Of a DNA stretch of 64,000 nucleotides, positions 60,437-64,000 are shown one piece after another. The notes under the pieces were generated by a model. That model was given only the letters and a program-made list of their open reading frames with translations, did not search any database and was not told the DNA's origin. Source of the DNA: Camelus dromedarius (lineage: Eukaryota). The position numbers and the translations under genes are program-made. The first letter of the stretch is position 1; every line of letters begins with the position of its first letter. The stretch spans positions 5,146,001 to 5,210,000 of the forward strand of contig NC_087437.1 in the NCBI RefSeq assembly GCF_036321535.1, in the 5' to 3' direction.

Positions 60437-63400
60437 CACTCCACTGTATTGCAGGATGCTTGGGGACAGTCTTTACAAGGCACAGCACGGGAACACGGTT
60501 CAATAAATGTGCATTGAAGGAGGAAAGAGAAGGGCAGCGATTAGAGAGCATCAGCTGTGTGCCTGAACCGCACTAATCCTCACAGCAATCCTGCAGCGTG
60601 ATTGTCACCGTTGGGCTCTGCAGAAGGGGAAACTAACTGGCTTTCCCAAGGTCACAAGCCAACAAAGGACTCAAATCCAGGTGCCCGCCTTCTGCTGCCC
60701 TGGGAGGTGAACCTGCGCCATCTAGTGGCCGAACTAGGACACGCACAGGCCAGCACGAGGGAACACTGTTAATACGCACCCTTTTCACGAAAGGGTTTGT
60801 GAAACCGGGAGAAGCAAATCCTCACTCCCAACCCCACTACCCAGAAAAGGCAACGAGAGGCTCATGGCACCGTAAACACTAAAGAAGAAAAAATAGTACC
60901 AGGATGTTTCAGGAGCGTTAACCACTGAGCTGCTGGTCCGCCCTGATGGGGTGAAATGATTGAGACAGGAAACTCCTGTTTTCTCTTAAGCATCACCACG
61001 CTTGGGTATCTCAGTTCAGCCAGTGAGGATTCCAGGTACCATATGAAACACCCATTCTGTGAAAGGTGAGGTGAGCACTGGTGTAAACATCTAAACTTTA
61101 ACTCTGAGACTCCTCACTTGGGGCTGTCGCATGCCATTGTAATTGTTGATTTAAGAAACTAACAAACATCTTTTCTCTGGCCACAAGTGTGAGATCCTCG
61201 AGATCAGTGTCTGCTTCCATTTCCTCTGACTTCTAACTGCCAGGCACATGGCAGGTGCTCTGTGAACACGTGGAGAATGAAGGTGACACGATGACCTTGG
61301 GACAGGATCACGCAGACGCCACCACAAGTTGGCAACTGGACTGTGCACATGTCAGTTTCAAAAAGTTTTTAAAAATACATGACCCTCTTTCAAAGTAGAG
61401 TGAGCAAGTGTCAAAGGTTTAGTTACCTTGTTAGTGAGAGAATCAGCAGAACGGGGAAGCTATTTCAAAAAAGACTAGGACAGACTGGCATACTCAGCAA
61501 AGGAAAGGATGTTGCCTTCCAACAAAGGAAAATAAATAAGTAAATGAATAAAGAGAAATAAAGCCAAGAAGGAGGAGGAGGAAGGGGGGAGGGGAGGGGG
61601 ACAGGCAGGGGAGAAGAAAGGATGTTGAAATAAGATTGCAAAATCAGATGATGTCTTCTTATAGGACAATAAATCCTTGGGGAGGTATATTTCTTGGTGG
61701 ATAGAAATCATTTGCATCTGGAGCAGGCTAAAATCACTTGGAACATCTACAAATTAATATTCAATTTCAGAGTCTGAGCCCTAATCAATAATAAACAGTG
61801 AGCCAAATAGAGGCGCGTTTCTATGGAGATTTAGATGACCTGGGTGCCCTGATCCCATCACCTACTTCCTTTCCCACGCAAGGGTGTCCAGGTCACTCAT
61901 CCCCACTTCCCTGAGTCACTTTCTAGCTGCTCCCTCCTAAGTTTTCAGAAAACTGTTCCAAGATAATTCTCAACAAAATGCTAAAATCATGGCTCTGATA
62001 CAGATATAAAAATTTAACATGTTTTAAAAGTTTTATTGAACTCCTGAGAGTCCAGGAGATGTTATAACCAGTTCAAAAGCAAATCCACAGGGCAGACCCA
62101 TTTATAGATGAGGAATATTGGAAAGAATATGTAAATAAATGCAGGCAGAACTGGCCTTTCCACAGGGCAGGAGGGCAGACAGTTGACCCTTTCCTGGACA
62201 GTCCGGGACATGCGTACTTAGAGACAACAGTGACCTCGCGGTGTCGTCAGCTGCCTTCAACTACAGAGTTCAAACAGCTCAAAGACAGTGAGAGGCTAGG
62301 TGCAGATAAATTGGAGGTTCTTTGACCTCTAGACAGACCATAGTTTTCTATTGAAATACATTCTTTCCTCTACCCTGGAAACAGAGTTCCTCGCCGGCCC
62401 CCCATCCCATCCAAATCCCCAGGGCTTCCCTTGACCCCAATCTGTTGTCCCCTCCCCAACTCAGCACCGATTTAACTCTGAAGATCTACCTTGTGTCTCT
62501 GTCTCTCTCTCTCTCCTTCCCTCCCCCAGTCTCTGTAGCTCTCTCTTTCACACACACACACAAACCCAATACAATATCATATATAAAATCACATAAGAGA
62601 ATTTTAAAGTACAATACAGAATGAGTACAGCGAGGTGCAGAGAAGGCGCAGTGCAGACAAGCTGCAGGCGTCTGGGGGGAGGGCTCTGGGGCTGTGGTGG
62701 TGAGGTAGGAGCCCTCTCTAACCAGGTCTGGGGCAGGCACAGGGAGGGGCTGTGGGTCCAAAGGTGGTGGTGACTTCAGCTCCTTGGAGGTAAAAAAAAA
62801 AAATCACCCTGAGAGTTACACTCATGGAAATGAGGCATCTCTCTTTTTATTTGAAATAGGAACGTGGTTTTAAATGCTTCTGTTACCTCGCGTTGGTGAT
62901 GAAGTCGAATGGCCTCCCACCTCTGCACACCTGTGGGAGGCGTCCCCGAGCGCTCTCTGATGCCGTGTATGCTTCCAGCACCGTCCCTCCAGTTGTGAGG
63001 TGGGCGCTGTCCTTGGAATCAGTTCCCCTCCTTGGGAACAGACAGAAGCTGGGCAGGGAGGGTCCCAGCTTGTGCAGAGGGGCGGGGCGGGGCAGAGCTC
63101 CCTGGCCGCCCTGGAGTGTGTGCAAAGTAGCCCGATTAATAACAGGCCTGTTTCCCAGCCCCCGTCCCTGCGCTTGGCACGTGGAGGGTGTTTAGCAAAT
63201 ACTTATCAAGTAAATAGTGGCAGCAAGTGTTGACTTTAGCACTTCCCACCTGCTTTGCTTGTGTTGGTCCTTCGAGCCTCCTGACAACCCTGCGAGACAG
63301 GTGCTGGTGTTCTCCACGCTTTACACAGAGAGAAACTGGCCGCACATCAAGCTGGAGAAAGACAAAGCGAGAACGTGGGTGACTCTGAAGCGGGCGCTGT

Positions 63401-63603
63401 GCTAAGTGCTTACATCCATGATTCCACCGGATCCTGCAAGCTACCCTGGGGATGAAAATCATTGTCTCTCTTTTACTGGGGGAGAAACAGAAGCTCAGAG
63501 AAGGGAAACCATTTCCTAAAGCCACACAGCTAATAAGTGGCAGACCTTGGATTCGAACCAAGGACAGTCGACAGCGGTGCTTAGACCTGTGTCCTTTACC
63601 TGG

Positions 63604-63989
63604 ACTGTCCAATATGGGCGCCACAAGCCCCAGCAGCTTGTGGACATGGGCCCTTGAAGTAATGGTAGTATGGCTGAGGAACTGACTTCTTAATTTTATT
63701 TCATCTGAATTTAAGTGTAAATTTTAAAAGCCCCCGGCCGCCACCAAAAGGGGAGGGAGGGTATAGCTCAGTGATAGGTGCTTGCTTAGCATGCATGAAG
63801 TCCCTGGATTCAATCCCCAGTACCTCTGTTAAAAAAATTAAATTAAATTAAAATATTAGGGGAGGGGGGTATAGCTCAGCGGTAGAGGGCATGTCAGCAG
63901 GCACAAGGTCCTGGGTTCAATCCCAGTACCACCACTAACAACAACAAAAGCCCCGTGTGGCTAGTGGCTACCACTCTGGACAGTGCAGC
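63604..63989. mobile_element. MER3-like hAT element containing two tandem Vic-1-like SINEs (63750-63945, + strand)
   Basis: Host termini ctgtccaatatgg...gtggctagtggctaccactctggacagtgcag. SINE heads near 63750 and 63859. AAAAGCCCC is duplicated at 63726-63734 and 63946-63954. Confidence 0.8.
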
Positions 63990-64000
63990 TCTGGGATGCA

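Noticed and set aside
1..64000. CRISPR arrays, operons or other prokaryotic/viral systems
   Set aside because: No spaced direct-repeat arrays or long intronless ORFs; the content is typical mammalian euchromatin.

Overview
Mammalian genomic DNA, most likely camelid (alpaca/llama/camel). That assignment rests on ten copies of a short tRNA-derived SINE resembling camelid Vic-1, plus cetartiodactyl-type L1 3' ends. The window holds one intact protein-coding gene on the + strand, GALNT15 (polypeptide N-acetylgalactosaminyltransferase 15). Its 10 coding exons (22553-47632) splice in frame to 1917 nt / 638 aa. Nine acceptors are AG, eight donors are GT and intron 7 has a GC donor. Downstream lies a near full-length, A-tailed U2 snRNA retropseudogene with a 15-nt deletion in stem-loop IV. 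The rest is transposon relics (L1, L2, MIR, MLT/ERV LTRs, hAT and Tigger elements), microsatellites and CpG-rich segments. Almost all of the short six-frame ORFs are spurious. I found no convincing new biological system. The best leads are regulatory: the GC-AG intron just ahead of the lectin-domain exons, a uORF overlapping the start codon, inverted SINEs flanking the DXH exon, a 3'-truncated L1 that keeps its whole 5'UTR, oriented CTCF-like motifs and an orphan CpG-rich island. Repeat subfamily names and human comparisons are from memory, not from a search.
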